Origin: Eggerthellaceae bacterium
GTDB lineage: Bacteria; Actinomycetota; Coriobacteriia; Coriobacteriales; Eggerthellaceae
NCBI GenBank assembly: GCA_048242115.1
Contig: DBFAWQ010000079.1
Coordinates: forward strand, 1 to 48,942
Reading direction: 5' to 3'
DNA: 48,942 nt
In this document: piece after piece, positions 34,826-45,423 of the stretch
How the letters are laid out: each line of letters begins with the position of its first letter
Numbering within the stretch: the first letter of the stretch is position 1
Program-made: the position numbers and the translations under genes
Notes under the pieces: generated by a model
Told to the model about the DNA's origin: nothing
What the model saw: only the letters and a program-made list of their open reading frames with translations
Databases searched by the model: none

Positions 34826-35039
34826 AACGTCCATCTCCTTCTTCGATCTCCTGCGATTTCCTGCGAAACAACCGCACGCCTCGCATCGTGCCATGTCGGC
34901 AAGTGATACGCGACGAACGGATTCGTAAGGCGTTCAGCAAATCGAGACGGATTCAGGAAATGTCGCGAAAGGCGACACAGCTCTCATCTTTGCTCTATAG
35001 TAGCCAGAGGATGTGCCGGGAGGAACGAGGGGGGCGAGA

Positions 35040-35678
35040 ATGGAGAGCTTCGACTCGCTGAGCCAAGGGCGCGAGCAGCGTTACGCAATCTTCCTCACGC
35101 TCGTCGATATGATGAAAGATCGCGATTCGTTGCCGTCGGCTCAGGAACTGGCCGATCGATGCTTTATTTCGCGCGCGTCTTTCTATCGCTATTTCGGAGG
35201 CGTGAAGGATGTGGTTACATGGTATCAGCGCTACACCGCCGCGCTGTGCCTGCACCAAATCGGCCGCTGCTTCACGGTGGTCGAAGGACATAGGCTGTCC
35301 TTGGCGCTGCTGTCGAAGGGCGCACCGCTCTTCTCGGGATATGTTCGCTGGTGGAACTACGATTATTCACTACCGGCGGTACTCGAACACGCCAAGGCGA
35401 TGAACGACGTGCTGAGAGATCGAGGGGTTGCCTTGACAACCAAGCTCTCATACGAGGTCGAGGGCATCGCCATAACATGCCATCAGCTCGTCGCGAAATG
35501 GTTCAACGGCAACATGAACTTGGCGGTCGACGACCTAGCCGAAATCCTCGCCTCCTTCTATCCACAGCATCTGCGCGAAGTGTTCGACGAAACGTCCTAC
35601 GAGCCCGACATCGTCAATATCGTCGAACTTCTGTTGGGGGTTTCGGGAAACGAGGTTGCGCGAAACACAACCCGGTAG
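35040..35678 (+). CDS. TetR/AcrR-like regulator divergent from the flavoprotein gene
   Basis: HTH S..ELADRCFISRASFYRYF. Confidence 0.75.
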   Translation: MESFDSLSQGREQRYAIFLTLVDMMKDRDSLPSAQELADRCFISRASFYRYFGGVKDVVTWYQRYTAALCLHQIGRCFTVVEGHRLSLALLSKGAPLFSGYVRWWNYDYSLPAVLEHAKAMNDVLRDRGVALTTKLSYEVEGIAITCHQLVAKWFNGNMNLAVDDLAEILASFYPQHLREVFDETSYEPDIVNIVELLLGVSGNEVARNTTR

Positions 35679-35783
35679 AAAAGCGTGCAGCGCCCTCTTT
35701 TCGGAAGAAGGCAAAGACCAGTCGAAGGTCTTCGCAATGCGACAATGCGGTTGAAACCAGCCGATACAGAAGAAAAGGAAGAC

Positions 35784-35821
35784 GGCTGGCCCGCGGGGCT
35801 TTTTGCCCCTGCGAGCCGGCC
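35784..35821 (-). terminator. Intrinsic terminator
   Basis: GC-rich stem GGCCGGCTCGCAGGGGC/GCCCCGCGGGCCAGCC followed by TCTTCCTTTTCTTCT on the minus strand. Confidence 0.6.
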
Positions 35822-35842
35822 GCCTTAGGGCGAGCCGCTTGC

Positions 35843-36024
35843 CTATGCGCCCCGGGCTTCTGCTGCTCTTCGGCGGCCGGCTTGTCGTTGGCCGCCGGCT
35901 GGCTGGCGTTGCCGCATCCGGCAACCGCGACGGAGAACGCACCCCCGACCAGGGCGATGGCAACGAGCGCAGCCAGTGCCTTGCGCTTCGACGGCCGTGC
36001 GACTTCTTTGGCGTCTTGCTTCAT
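35843..36024 (-). pseudogene. Remnant of an exported lipoprotein gene (signal peptide and linker only)
   Basis: Strong RBS GGAGGAAGGAAG; MKQDAKEVARPSKRKALAALVAIALVGGAFSVAVAGC lipobox and Ala/Glu/Gln linker, then an out-of-frame TAG (35845-35843) and a terminator. Confidence 0.55.
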
Positions 36025-36531
36025 ACTTCCTTCCTCCTTCTCTCGGTTCCGCACTGAAACCACTTCCTTCTCCCGTTGGCAACGCACCGCAGCCAAACCA
36101 CGCCTCGCCCCGACATCCGCCCCATCCCCACCTTTCGGACGGCCGGCCCCTTCCGCCCTCTCCGTTCCGCTGCAACCGGCGGCCACGCGGACTGCGACAA
36201 GATGCGCGCCAACCCATACCGCACATTAGGTTCGGAGGCGCAGAGGCAAAACACCAATACTTCTGTATTTGGCCGAAGCGGAAGCAGAAAGCCGAGATAC
36301 TGAAAATCTCATGACGGCATTCACCTGTGGCTTTGCTACTATTTGACCGCCCGGGAAGAAAACTTTCGCTTCGAAGCGTTTGCCATCAAGGAGGGGGACA
36401 GCGTTGGTTGACAGCAAAGGCGAGGCAGCAAGACAACCCTCGTTGCGCGGGAGCACCCGCAAAGAAAGCGAGAAACGACCGCCTCGCAGCGCTTCCGGAA
36501 GCAATACGGGGACCTGCTCGCGCTTACCGCG

Positions 36532-38010
36532 ATGTTCGCCCTGTGCTGGGGCTGGTGGGCGTCCATGCACGACATCAGCGCCATCGCCATGCCGCCCGAG
36601 GTCGTGTTCCGCGCCGCCCCCGACTCCCTGGTCCAGCCCTACGTCACCGTGCGCGACATCTCCTGTATCTCCCACGGCGCAGGAAGCTGCCTCGGGCTTC
36701 TCTTCGCTTGGAAGATTTCATCCCACATCAGCAAGCCATCTTTCAGGCGCGCTACCGTCTGCGCGCTCATAGCCATAAGCGCCTGCTACTGCCTTTGCCT
36801 GGCGCAGGGGAACCTCGCAGGGGTGTTCTGCCTTCAGCTCCTCTTCTGCCTTGCGGTGCCTTCGATTCTCGTCAGGCAGCTGGGCGTGCTTTTCGAAGAG
36901 GCTCGGGGCAAGCTTCTGCCCTGCCTTATCGTAGGCGGCATGCTTACTGCGGTCTCGAAGGCGGCCATGATTTCGATGGTGCTGGTATTCGGCCTGGCTC
37001 CCGGCTCGGCGCTGGCATACGCCTTCGTGTCCGTCGTCATCGCGCTGGCCTACCTCCCCCAGACGTTCCTGATGTCGGGAAGGGTGTTCGACGACACGAG
37101 GCATCTGGAGGAAGCGGCGGCGGCAAAGCGAGCCGGCCAGGACAAGCAGCCCCGTCAGACGGTCGGGGCGATGCTGCAGAACGGGCTGTGGACGCCGCTT
37201 GTGCACATCGTCCTGTTCGGGGCCGTCTTCGGCATCATCCACACCTTCCCGACCGGCTCCGGCCACATCCCCGAGCTGCGCACCCTGTTCCACCTCCTGG
37301 GCGTGCTGTTGGCTTGCGCATGGACCCTTGTGGCGTTCCGCTCCGGGAAGGGCGAGGTGACGCTTGCCCGCATCTGGCATTTTGCCACGAGGGCGACGTT
37401 TCCCGTCATCATGGTGGGGCTTTTCCTCATGCCGCTCATCAAGACCGCGGCCTATCCCATTCCCGAAGTCCTTTCCCAGCTGGGGCTCACGCTTTACGCC
37501 ATATCGCTGCTGGCTGCCGTGGCCATCGTCTCGCGCAGCACCCAGCGTTCCCCGTTCGTCATCGTCGCCCTCTGCCTGTTCGTGTTCTACCTGGGACGCA
37601 CCGTCGGCTTGCTGGGACCGCTTCTCATCCACGGGGCGATGCCCTTCGACAGCGTCTCCTTCTCCGTGGTGAGCGCGGTGTCTTTCCTGCTCCTCGTCGC
37701 CGCCATGTTCGAGATTCCCATCATGACGAACATGAAGACCTTCTGGGGCCTCGAGAAGAAGACCACGCCGCGCGGGCATTACGACGAGGTGCTCAGGCGG
37801 CGCTGCGCCGAGATCGCAAGCGAAAGCGAGCTCACGAAACGCGAGCAGGAGATCCTGTTCCGGTTGCTGCAGGGGCAACGACCCCAGGCCACAGCCGATG
37901 AGCTGGTCATTTCCATCAACACGACGCGCACGCACATTCAGCGCATCTACGCGAAGACCGGGGTGCATTCCGAAGGCGAGCTGTTGGCGTTGGCGAAGAG
38001 GCACGGCTAG
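36532..38010 (+). CDS. Multi-TM membrane-embedded LuxR-family regulator (true start probably upstream and frameshifted)
   Basis: Many TM helices; LTKREQEIL..LLQG.....ADELVISINTTRTHIQRIYAKTGVHS. Confidence 0.88.
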   Translation: MFALCWGWWASMHDISAIAMPPEVVFRAAPDSLVQPYVTVRDISCISHGAGSCLGLLFAWKISSHISKPSFRRATVCALIAISACYCLCLAQGNLAGVFCLQLLFCLAVPSILVRQLGVLFEEARGKLLPCLIVGGMLTAVSKAAMISMVLVFGLAPGSALAYAFVSVVIALAYLPQTFLMSGRVFDDTRHLEEAAAAKRAGQDKQPRQTVGAMLQNGLWTPLVHIVLFGAVFGIIHTFPTGSGHIPELRTLFHLLGVLLACAWTLVAFRSGKGEVTLARIWHFATRATFPVIMVGLFLMPLIKTAAYPIPEVLSQLGLTLYAISLLAAVAIVSRSTQRSPFVIVALCLFVFYLGRTVGLLGPLLIHGAMPFDSVSFSVVSAVSFLLLVAAMFEIPIMTNMKTFWGLEKKTTPRGHYDEVLRRRCAEIASESELTKREQEILFRLLQGQRPQATADELVISINTTRTHIQRIYAKTGVHSEGELLALAKRHG

Positions 38011-38082
38011 GCAAAGGTCGAAAGCCGCGCCCAAGGGTCCGCGATTCCGCATGCACCCGCGAAGGGTCGTTGGCGGAACAGG

Positions 38083-38517
38083 CTACTCCTCTCCCAGCTC
38101 GGCAGCCCAATCGAAGTCGGGCGGCGGCCCTAAGGGCACGTTGCCGGCGCCTTCGCCTTCGGCACCTGCGCCAATCGATGCGCCGCCGATCGGGGCGCCG
38201 CCGTCCCATTGGAAGCGGTCCATGAGCACCCGGCCCTCGTCGTCGAAGCCCACGCCCTCGGCCCGCAGCATGTCCCGCTGCACCTCTTCCCCGCCGAAGG
38301 CGAAACCGCTGGCCATGCGCCCGTCCTTGAACACCACGCGATGGCACGGGATGTCGTCGGCCTCGTGCCCGGGGCTCGGGTTGCCGCGCAGGGCGTAACC
38401 CACGTAGCGAGCCGACCGAGGCGCCCCGATAAGCCGTGCGACCTGCCCGTACGTTGCCACCTTCCCCTCGGGAATGCGCCGCACCACCGCAAACACCCTA
38501 TCCGCGTAATCGCCCAT
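38083..38517 (-). CDS. MGMT/ATL-family alkylated-DNA repair protein
   Basis: IPEGKVATYGQVA, ARYVGYAL, PCHRVV (active-site Cys kept); GAGGAGG RBS. Confidence 0.9.
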   Translation of the reverse strand: MGDYADRVFAVVRRIPEGKVATYGQVARLIGAPRSARYVGYALRGNPSPGHEADDIPCHRVVFKDGRMASGFAFGGEEVQRDMLRAEGVGFDDEGRVLMDRFQWDGGAPIGGASIGAGAEGEGAGNVPLGPPPDFDWAAELGEE

Positions 38518-38567
38518 GAAAGCCCTCCTCAGACAACGCCAACCCACCCTGGTGTCGCTTCGATTCG

Positions 38568-38699
38568 AATTGGCAGAATCGTCATTCCCGCATCCCTAAA
38601 TTGGTAGAATCGTCATCTTTTTTCAGCCGACCTGGGAAAACAGTTTTGAAAACGACGATTCTACCAATAATGAGCGTCGAAAACGACGATTTTACCAAA
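38568..38699. repeat. Palindromic element: two direct and two inverted copies of TTGGTAGAATCGTC at 31-bp period
   Basis: TTGGYAGAATCGTCAT at 38570 and 38601; GAAAACGACGATTYTACCAA at 38648 and 38679. Confidence 0.9.
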
Positions 38700-38857
38700 A
38701 CGCGAGGCCATCCCAACGGTTCCGCCAAACGAAAGAAAGCAGAGATCCGCAACGCCTATCTACGAACGCGTATCGACTCTCCCGTGCCGCCAGGGGAAGC
38801 CGCCTGCAGGTCCGATGCGCTTCGATGTAAGCCCCTGAGGCGAGTGCGGATGACGCG

Positions 38858-38899
38858 AAAAGCCCCCGGCATTGGCCTTCGCGCCATGCCGGGGGCTTT
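38858..38899 (-). terminator. Intrinsic terminator of groEL
   Basis: AAAGCCCCCGGCAT...ATGCCGGGGGCTTT 14-bp stem ending in a U-run. Confidence 0.85.
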
Positions 38900-38926
38900 G
38901 AACGTCAGCCGTGCCGCGTCAGAGGC

Positions 38927-40558
<1,632 letters not shown>

Positions 40559-40739
40559 TTAGGATGGCTCCTTTCACGTTGGTCAGAACAACATCCAATT
40601 CCAAAGGGTTTTCCTGGTGGATGCAGAAGCCTTGAAGGGGCCGAGCGGCTTGAGCTAAACGGACTTGGGTGTCCGCGTGCGAAACCGCGAGGAACCTGAA
40701 AGGCTTATGCGCCGCCAGGGAAAGCCCGCCCGGGTGGAA

Positions 40740-41027
40740 CTACTCGAAAACGCCGTACAAATCGTCGGCGCGCAGGATGAGCACGTCCTCGCCGTCGATG
40801 GTGATCTCGGTTCCGCCGTACTTGCCGTAAACCACGCGGTCGCCCACCTTCACCGGCACCGGCACCAACTTGCCGTCCTTGTCCAGCTTGCCCTCGCCCA
40901 CGGCCAGGATTACGCCGCTTTGGGGCTTTTCCTTCGAATCGGAAGCCAGGATAAGGCCGCCGGCAGTGGTCTGCTCGGCCTCGTCCTGCTTGACGATCAC
41001 GCGATCTCCGAGTGGCTTCAAGTTCAT
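40740..41027 (-). CDS. groS: Co-chaperonin GroES
   Basis: MNLKPLGDRV, TTAGGLIL, KEKPQSG, VKVGDRV.YGKYGGTE; AAAGGAAG RBS. Confidence 0.99.
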   Translation of the reverse strand: MNLKPLGDRVIVKQDEAEQTTAGGLILASDSKEKPQSGVILAVGEGKLDKDGKLVPVPVKVGDRVVYGKYGGTEITIDGEDVLILRADDLYGVFE

Positions 41028-41231
41028 AGTCCGTCTTCCTTTCGTCGACACCACGCACGTTCGTCGTGTTCGCACCTTCGGCATGCTGCCGAGCAGCAGC
41101 CGGATTGCAGGCAGCTTGCGCAACTCCGCGCCCTTTCGGCTTCGCTCTCCGTCGGTTCCGCATCCCGCCCATCGGTGCGTTGCCCATGGTAGGCGCCTTC
41201 GAGGCGGTGGCGGTTCCTGCGCGCGAAACCG

Positions 41232-41281
41232 TTAGCCACTTGTAAATCCGACTGCTAGCACTCGCATGCCGAGAGTGCTAA
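41232..41281 (-). promoter_or_regulatory. Two overlapping CIRCE (HrcA) operators
   Basis: CTAGCACTC-N9-GAGTGCTAA at 41255-41281; degenerate TTAGCCACT-N9-GACTGCTAG at 41232-41258. Confidence 0.92.
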
Positions 41282-41293
41282 ATGACTGCGGTT

Positions 41294-41321
41294 ATCATAG
41301 CATTGCCAATTTCCTGCGCAA
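41294..41321 (-). promoter_or_regulatory. groES promoter TTGCGC-16-TATGAT with extended TG
   Basis: -10 at 41299-41294, just upstream of the CIRCE. Confidence 0.6.
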
Positions 41322-41422
41322 CCGATTCCCAAAAAATCTCAGCCCGCACCGCTCAGATTCGCCCATCTCTCACCGTTTCGCCATATTTCATCCCACGGGT
41401 CGAAAGCCCTTCCGAGCCGAAA

Positions 41423-41484
41423 TCAACCTTTATACCGTCATTTCTCAACCATTAACTTTTAGTTTCTCAACCTTTATATCGTCA
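41423..41484. repeat. AT-rich 22-bp-period triple repeat
   Basis: TCAACC at 41423, 41445, 41467; copies 1 and 3 both read TCAACCTTTATAYCGTCA. Confidence 0.8.
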
Positions 41485-41485
41485 C

Positions 41486-41668
41486 AACCCGGCGCGCCAG
41501 CTGGGCTATGCTGCGGCTTCGGGCTGGCTCGACCTTTCCAGGCTGGAGGGCTTTCCCGACGAGGCCTGCGAAATACTGGCCGAGGGCAACCTGTCGCGAT
41601 GGCGCCTGGACTACCTGCGGAAAGGCACAGAATCCCGCATCGCCGCCGTGCGCGAGCTAGTTGGGTAA
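41486..41668 (+). pseudogene. Start-less C-terminal gene fragment resembling the end of HipA/CtkA-like kinases
   Basis: Manual translation NPARQLGYAAASGWLDLSRLEGFPDEACEILAEGNLSRWRLDYLRKGTESRIAAVRELVG*; in-frame TAA at 41453 and no upstream start. Family call is from recalled similarity only. Confidence 0.5.
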
Positions 41669-41677
41669 AAGCGTCCC

Positions 41678-43252
41678 CTACTCCCCTTCCGCAGAGCGCA
41701 CCAGGTCGATGACTTCCTGGCGGTCGTGGACGTCCAACTTGCGGTAGAGGCTCTTCGCGTAGGAATGGATGGTGTTCGGGGAGAGGAACAGCTCCTCGGC
41801 TATGCGCTTCTGGCCATGGCCCTCGGACAGCAGCACCAGCACCTCCACCTCGCGCTCGGTGCACCCGTGCTCGGCGCCCAGCCGGCGGCATACCTCCCGA
41901 CGCGCCTCCGCGGCAGCTGCAGCCGAAGCGGGCGAAACGGATGCGTCTCCCGAAAGGCCCGAAACGCCCTGCGCGCCGCCGCGACCCTGGGCCGAGCGCT
42001 CGGAGAAGTAGGCGCGCAGGTACAGAAACGTCGCCACCGTCACCGCGAACGCCGTGGTCACGTACAGCACCATGGGAGTGAAGCCGTTCGTCGGGACCAT
42101 CGGCGCCACCGCAGCAACCAGGCAGCCGAACAGGCGAAGAGCGCCCAAGGCAGGAAGGAACAGCAGGCACACCGCCACGTCGGCCCGGCATCCGCAGGAG
42201 AAGGCCAGCACAAGCGCCACAATCCACAGCAGGAAGTACGCGTACAGGCGGCTGGGGAACACGATCTCGTGGCAGAGGGCGGGTGCGTAGCCGGCGAACA
42301 CGATGGCGAAGTACAGCACCGCCAAGCACGACAGGATGAAGACAGTCCAGGGGAAGGCAACGACGGTGCTCTGGGGCGTCGCCTTGCGGTTCATCCACAG
42401 CGCGGCGACGAACATGGCCAGCGCGAACAGGAACAGAATCACCTTCGACAGCCACGACTTGTACAGCGGCTCCTCGAAGTCGAAGACCAAGCTGAGCACC
42501 GTGCGTATGACCGTGGTGAACAGCAGGTACAGCACCAACACTGCGAACATCCAGCCGAGCGACGAACCTTTGAAGGCGCAGAGGAGCCGGCGAGCGTCGG
42601 ATTCCGAAGGCGAGGCTCCCCTCCCCTGCGCGCCCTGATCGGCAGATGCGCCCTGGGTCCGTTGGCCGCCGCGCCCCCACTTCGGCCGCCACAGCACGAG
42701 CACCGCCCCCGACAGGAACGCCAGCAGCGCCGCCCGGCTGGCCCGCCCGAGCGATTCGGGGAAGGGCACCGCTTGCACCAGGGCCACCAGGACGATGTTG
42801 AGCGCCAGCGACAAGGCGCAGGCAAGCACAGCGAAACGAGGGGCAAACGCTCCGGCGCGGGACGCCCATCCGGCCGCAAGCAAACAGACGTAGGCTGTGG
42901 AGACGACGGTGACCAGCGCGTCGACGAACGGCTGAGACCCTCCCAGAAACGCCGAAACCGCCAGCAGCCCCAGCGTGAGCAGCCCGCTTGCCAGCACCGC
43001 CGCCGCAACGCGCTCGCCCCACCGGCTGCGGCGCGCGAGACCTACAGCCAATGCCAGGGCGAACAGCACCGTGAGCAGCGCGCCCAATGCGCCGAGGACG
43101 TCGTAAGTGGCGCTCACCGGCAGCTCGTAACCGGGCACCAGCAAACCCGGGGCGATGCGGTAGCTCACCACCGGCCAGAACAGCGTCATGCCCACCACGA
43201 AGCACGCCTTGTCCATCAGGCTGCGGCGGGATATGGCTTCGGAGTTTTCCAT
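41678..43252 (-). CDS. Multi-TM membrane-embedded LuxR-family regulator
   Basis: TM helices; CTEREVEVL.LLSEG.....IAEELFLSPNTIHSYAKSLYRKLDVH; TATAAT 7 nt before ATG 43252 (leaderless). Confidence 0.9.
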   Translation of the reverse strand: MENSEAISRRSLMDKACFVVGMTLFWPVVSYRIAPGLLVPGYELPVSATYDVLGALGALLTVLFALALAVGLARRSRWGERVAAAVLASGLLTLGLLAVSAFLGGSQPFVDALVTVVSTAYVCLLAAGWASRAGAFAPRFAVLACALSLALNIVLVALVQAVPFPESLGRASRAALLAFLSGAVLVLWRPKWGRGGQRTQGASADQGAQGRGASPSESDARRLLCAFKGSSLGWMFAVLVLYLLFTTVIRTVLSLVFDFEEPLYKSWLSKVILFLFALAMFVAALWMNRKATPQSTVVAFPWTVFILSCLAVLYFAIVFAGYAPALCHEIVFPSRLYAYFLLWIVALVLAFSCGCRADVAVCLLFLPALGALRLFGCLVAAVAPMVPTNGFTPMVLYVTTAFAVTVATFLYLRAYFSERSAQGRGGAQGVSGLSGDASVSPASAAAAAEARREVCRRLGAEHGCTEREVEVLVLLSEGHGQKRIAEELFLSPNTIHSYAKSLYRKLDVHDRQEVIDLVRSAEGE

Positions 43253-43376
43253 AGAGCGCATTATAGCCCAGGGGCGAGCCGCATAGCTTGCAGCAACGAC
43301 AGCTTTGTGCGTCCCGGACGGCAATTTCGGCATCGACGGCAACGACCTGGTGTTTTATTCGACCCACCTTGCAAAA

Positions 43377-43426
43377 ACCCCGATTTGAGGGGTACGGGTT
43401 ACCGCAAATCCCCCCGTTTGCGGCGT
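43377..43426. promoter_or_regulatory. Putative LuxR operator pair
   Basis: Perfect ACCCC-N7-GGGGT at 43377-43393 and a degenerate copy 33 bp downstream, between divergent luxR and flavoprotein genes. Confidence 0.5.
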
Positions 43427-43566
43427 AGCGGGCAGCCCCGGCGAGGGCGCATAGTTCGCATCGTCCGCAGCCGACGAAACGAACATGGGCCGGCACGGAC
43501 GCGCCTTACGGGAAACGGGGCCGCAGGGAGCGGCCCACCAAACCAGGGAGTCAAGGAGGAAACACC

Positions 43567-45300
43567 ATGGAGATGAACCGCCGCAGCTTTCTTCTAGGGT
43601 CTGCCGCCCTCGGGGCCGCCGCCGTGTCGGCACTGGCGGGATGCACACCCACCAACGCCAAGGATGCCGCCAAGGCCGAAGCGGCCTCGAGCACGGCCAC
43701 CGCAGCCGCCGCGGGCAACGTGCCCGCCGGGGTGTTCGCCGTGGACTTCGAGCAGAGCGCCGTGGAGCTTGAGCCCATCACCGACTTCGCCGCCGAGGAG
43801 ACCTACGACATCGTGGTCGTGGGCGCCGGCTGCGCGGGCGTGCCGGCCGTGCTGACCGCGCTGGAGGAGGGCGCATCCGTGGCCTGCCTGCAGAAGGAGC
43901 CGGTGGTGGCCGCCAACGGCTCGGGCTGCAGCGCCGTGGTGAAGGGGCTCTCCACCCCAGGCGGCATCTCCCGCTGGAAGTGGGACTGGGCCCGCGAGAA
44001 CGGCTGGCGCGTGAACCAGGAGCTGTTCGATTTCTACATCGACCACAGCGAGGAGACCATCAGCTGGATCGTGCAGAAGGCCATCGAGGCGGGATGCGAG
44101 CCGAAGGGCTACATGACCCGCGACAACACCGTAGCCTACGACGACGGCGAGATGCTGGCGAACATCAAGGTGCGCATGTCATCGAACAACGAGGTGATGA
44201 CCGCCATCGCCGCCATGGCCGAGCAGAAGGGCGCCACGTTCTACTACGCTACCCCCGCGGTGCAGCTGATTATGGACGATTCCGGCGCGGTCACGGGCGT
44301 CATCGGCAAAGCCGAGGACGGCAGCTACATCAAGCTGAACGCCAACAACGGCGTCATCCTGGCTGCCGGCGACTACATGAACAACGATGCGCTGGTGGCC
44401 CGCTACTGCGAGGACGTGGCCATCGCCGAGTTCGACCGCCGGCAGCTGAACCGCACCGGCGACGGACACCTGCTGGCCGTGACCGCCGGCAGCCGCATCG
44501 TGCCCGCAGGCCATTCAAAGCAGATCCACGACCTGGCGGTCACGTCCAACACCATGATGGGCTGCCCCTTCCTGATGCTCGACGAGGACGGCAACCGCTT
44601 CTTCAACGAGGAATGCTGCATGACCATGTGGAACGTGCCCATCAAGTACCGCTACCCGGGCCAGGTTCCCACCATGTTCCGCTTCTTCGACAGCGCCTAC
44701 GCCGAGAAGTTCTCCATGTGCGACACCGCCTCGCAGGAGCTGATCGAGGGCAAGGTGCTGAAGCCCGAGGATTACGGCCAGAAGGGCATCTACAAGGCCG
44801 ACACGCTGGAGGAGCTCTTCGAGATCCTGGACGTGGACGCCGCCGCCTTCAAGGCCTCCATCGATCGCTACAACCAGCAGTGCGCCAAGGGCGTGGACGA
44901 GGACTTCGGCAAGGACGCCCAGTACATGACCCCCATCGACACCCCGCCCTTCTACGGCCTGAAGTACAGCCCGGGCCTGGCGGCCATCAACGGCGGCGTG
45001 CTGGTGAACGGCAACTACCAGGTGGTCAACGCCCAGCGCGAGCCCATTGCCGGCCTGTACGCGGCGGGCGTGGACGCGGGTGACCTGTGCGGCGGCGTGG
45101 ACTGGATCATGCCCGGCGGCGCGTCGAACGGCCACTGCTTCAACGCGGGACGCTACACCGTCATCCATGCGCTCACCGGCGGCCTTGAGCCGAAGAACCC
45201 CTGCTCGTTCGCGGACGTGGCCGACAAGTTCGCAGGCAAGGACGGCGGATACGCCTGGGAGAAGCCCGAGAGCTGCTTCCACGAGATTCAAGTGTGGTAG
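43567..45300 (+). CDS. Tat-exported FAD-dependent oxidoreductase (flavocytochrome c family)
   Basis: NRRSFL, LAGC lipobox, VVGAGCAG, AAGDY, GNRFFNE, DEDFGK, IAGLYAAG; AAGGAGG RBS. Confidence 0.93.
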   Translation: MEMNRRSFLLGSAALGAAAVSALAGCTPTNAKDAAKAEAASSTATAAAAGNVPAGVFAVDFEQSAVELEPITDFAAEETYDIVVVGAGCAGVPAVLTALEEGASVACLQKEPVVAANGSGCSAVVKGLSTPGGISRWKWDWARENGWRVNQELFDFYIDHSEETISWIVQKAIEAGCEPKGYMTRDNTVAYDDGEMLANIKVRMSSNNEVMTAIAAMAEQKGATFYYATPAVQLIMDDSGAVTGVIGKAEDGSYIKLNANNGVILAAGDYMNNDALVARYCEDVAIAEFDRRQLNRTGDGHLLAVTAGSRIVPAGHSKQIHDLAVTSNTMMGCPFLMLDEDGNRFFNEECCMTMWNVPIKYRYPGQVPTMFRFFDSAYAEKFSMCDTASQELIEGKVLKPEDYGQKGIYKADTLEELFEILDVDAAAFKASIDRYNQQCAKGVDEDFGKDAQYMTPIDTPPFYGLKYSPGLAAINGGVLVNGNYQVVNAQREPIAGLYAAGVDAGDLCGGVDWIMPGGASNGHCFNAGRYTVIHALTGGLEPKNPCSFADVADKFAGKDGGYAWEKPESCFHEIQVW

Positions 45301-45423
45301 GGCTGCCGATTAGCGTACACTGTCCCTGCACGATCTTTCGGGAATACGGGCTGCGGAACCGCCTGGGCGCGGGGCCGCAGCCCTTCGGCGCGTTCAGGCG
45401 CAGCAAGGCGAAAGGGACGGACC

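Noticed and set aside
38083..38517. Non-catalytic ATL assignment
   Set aside because: The active-site motif is PCHR rather than PWHR, so activity cannot be excluded; left as MGMT/ATL family.
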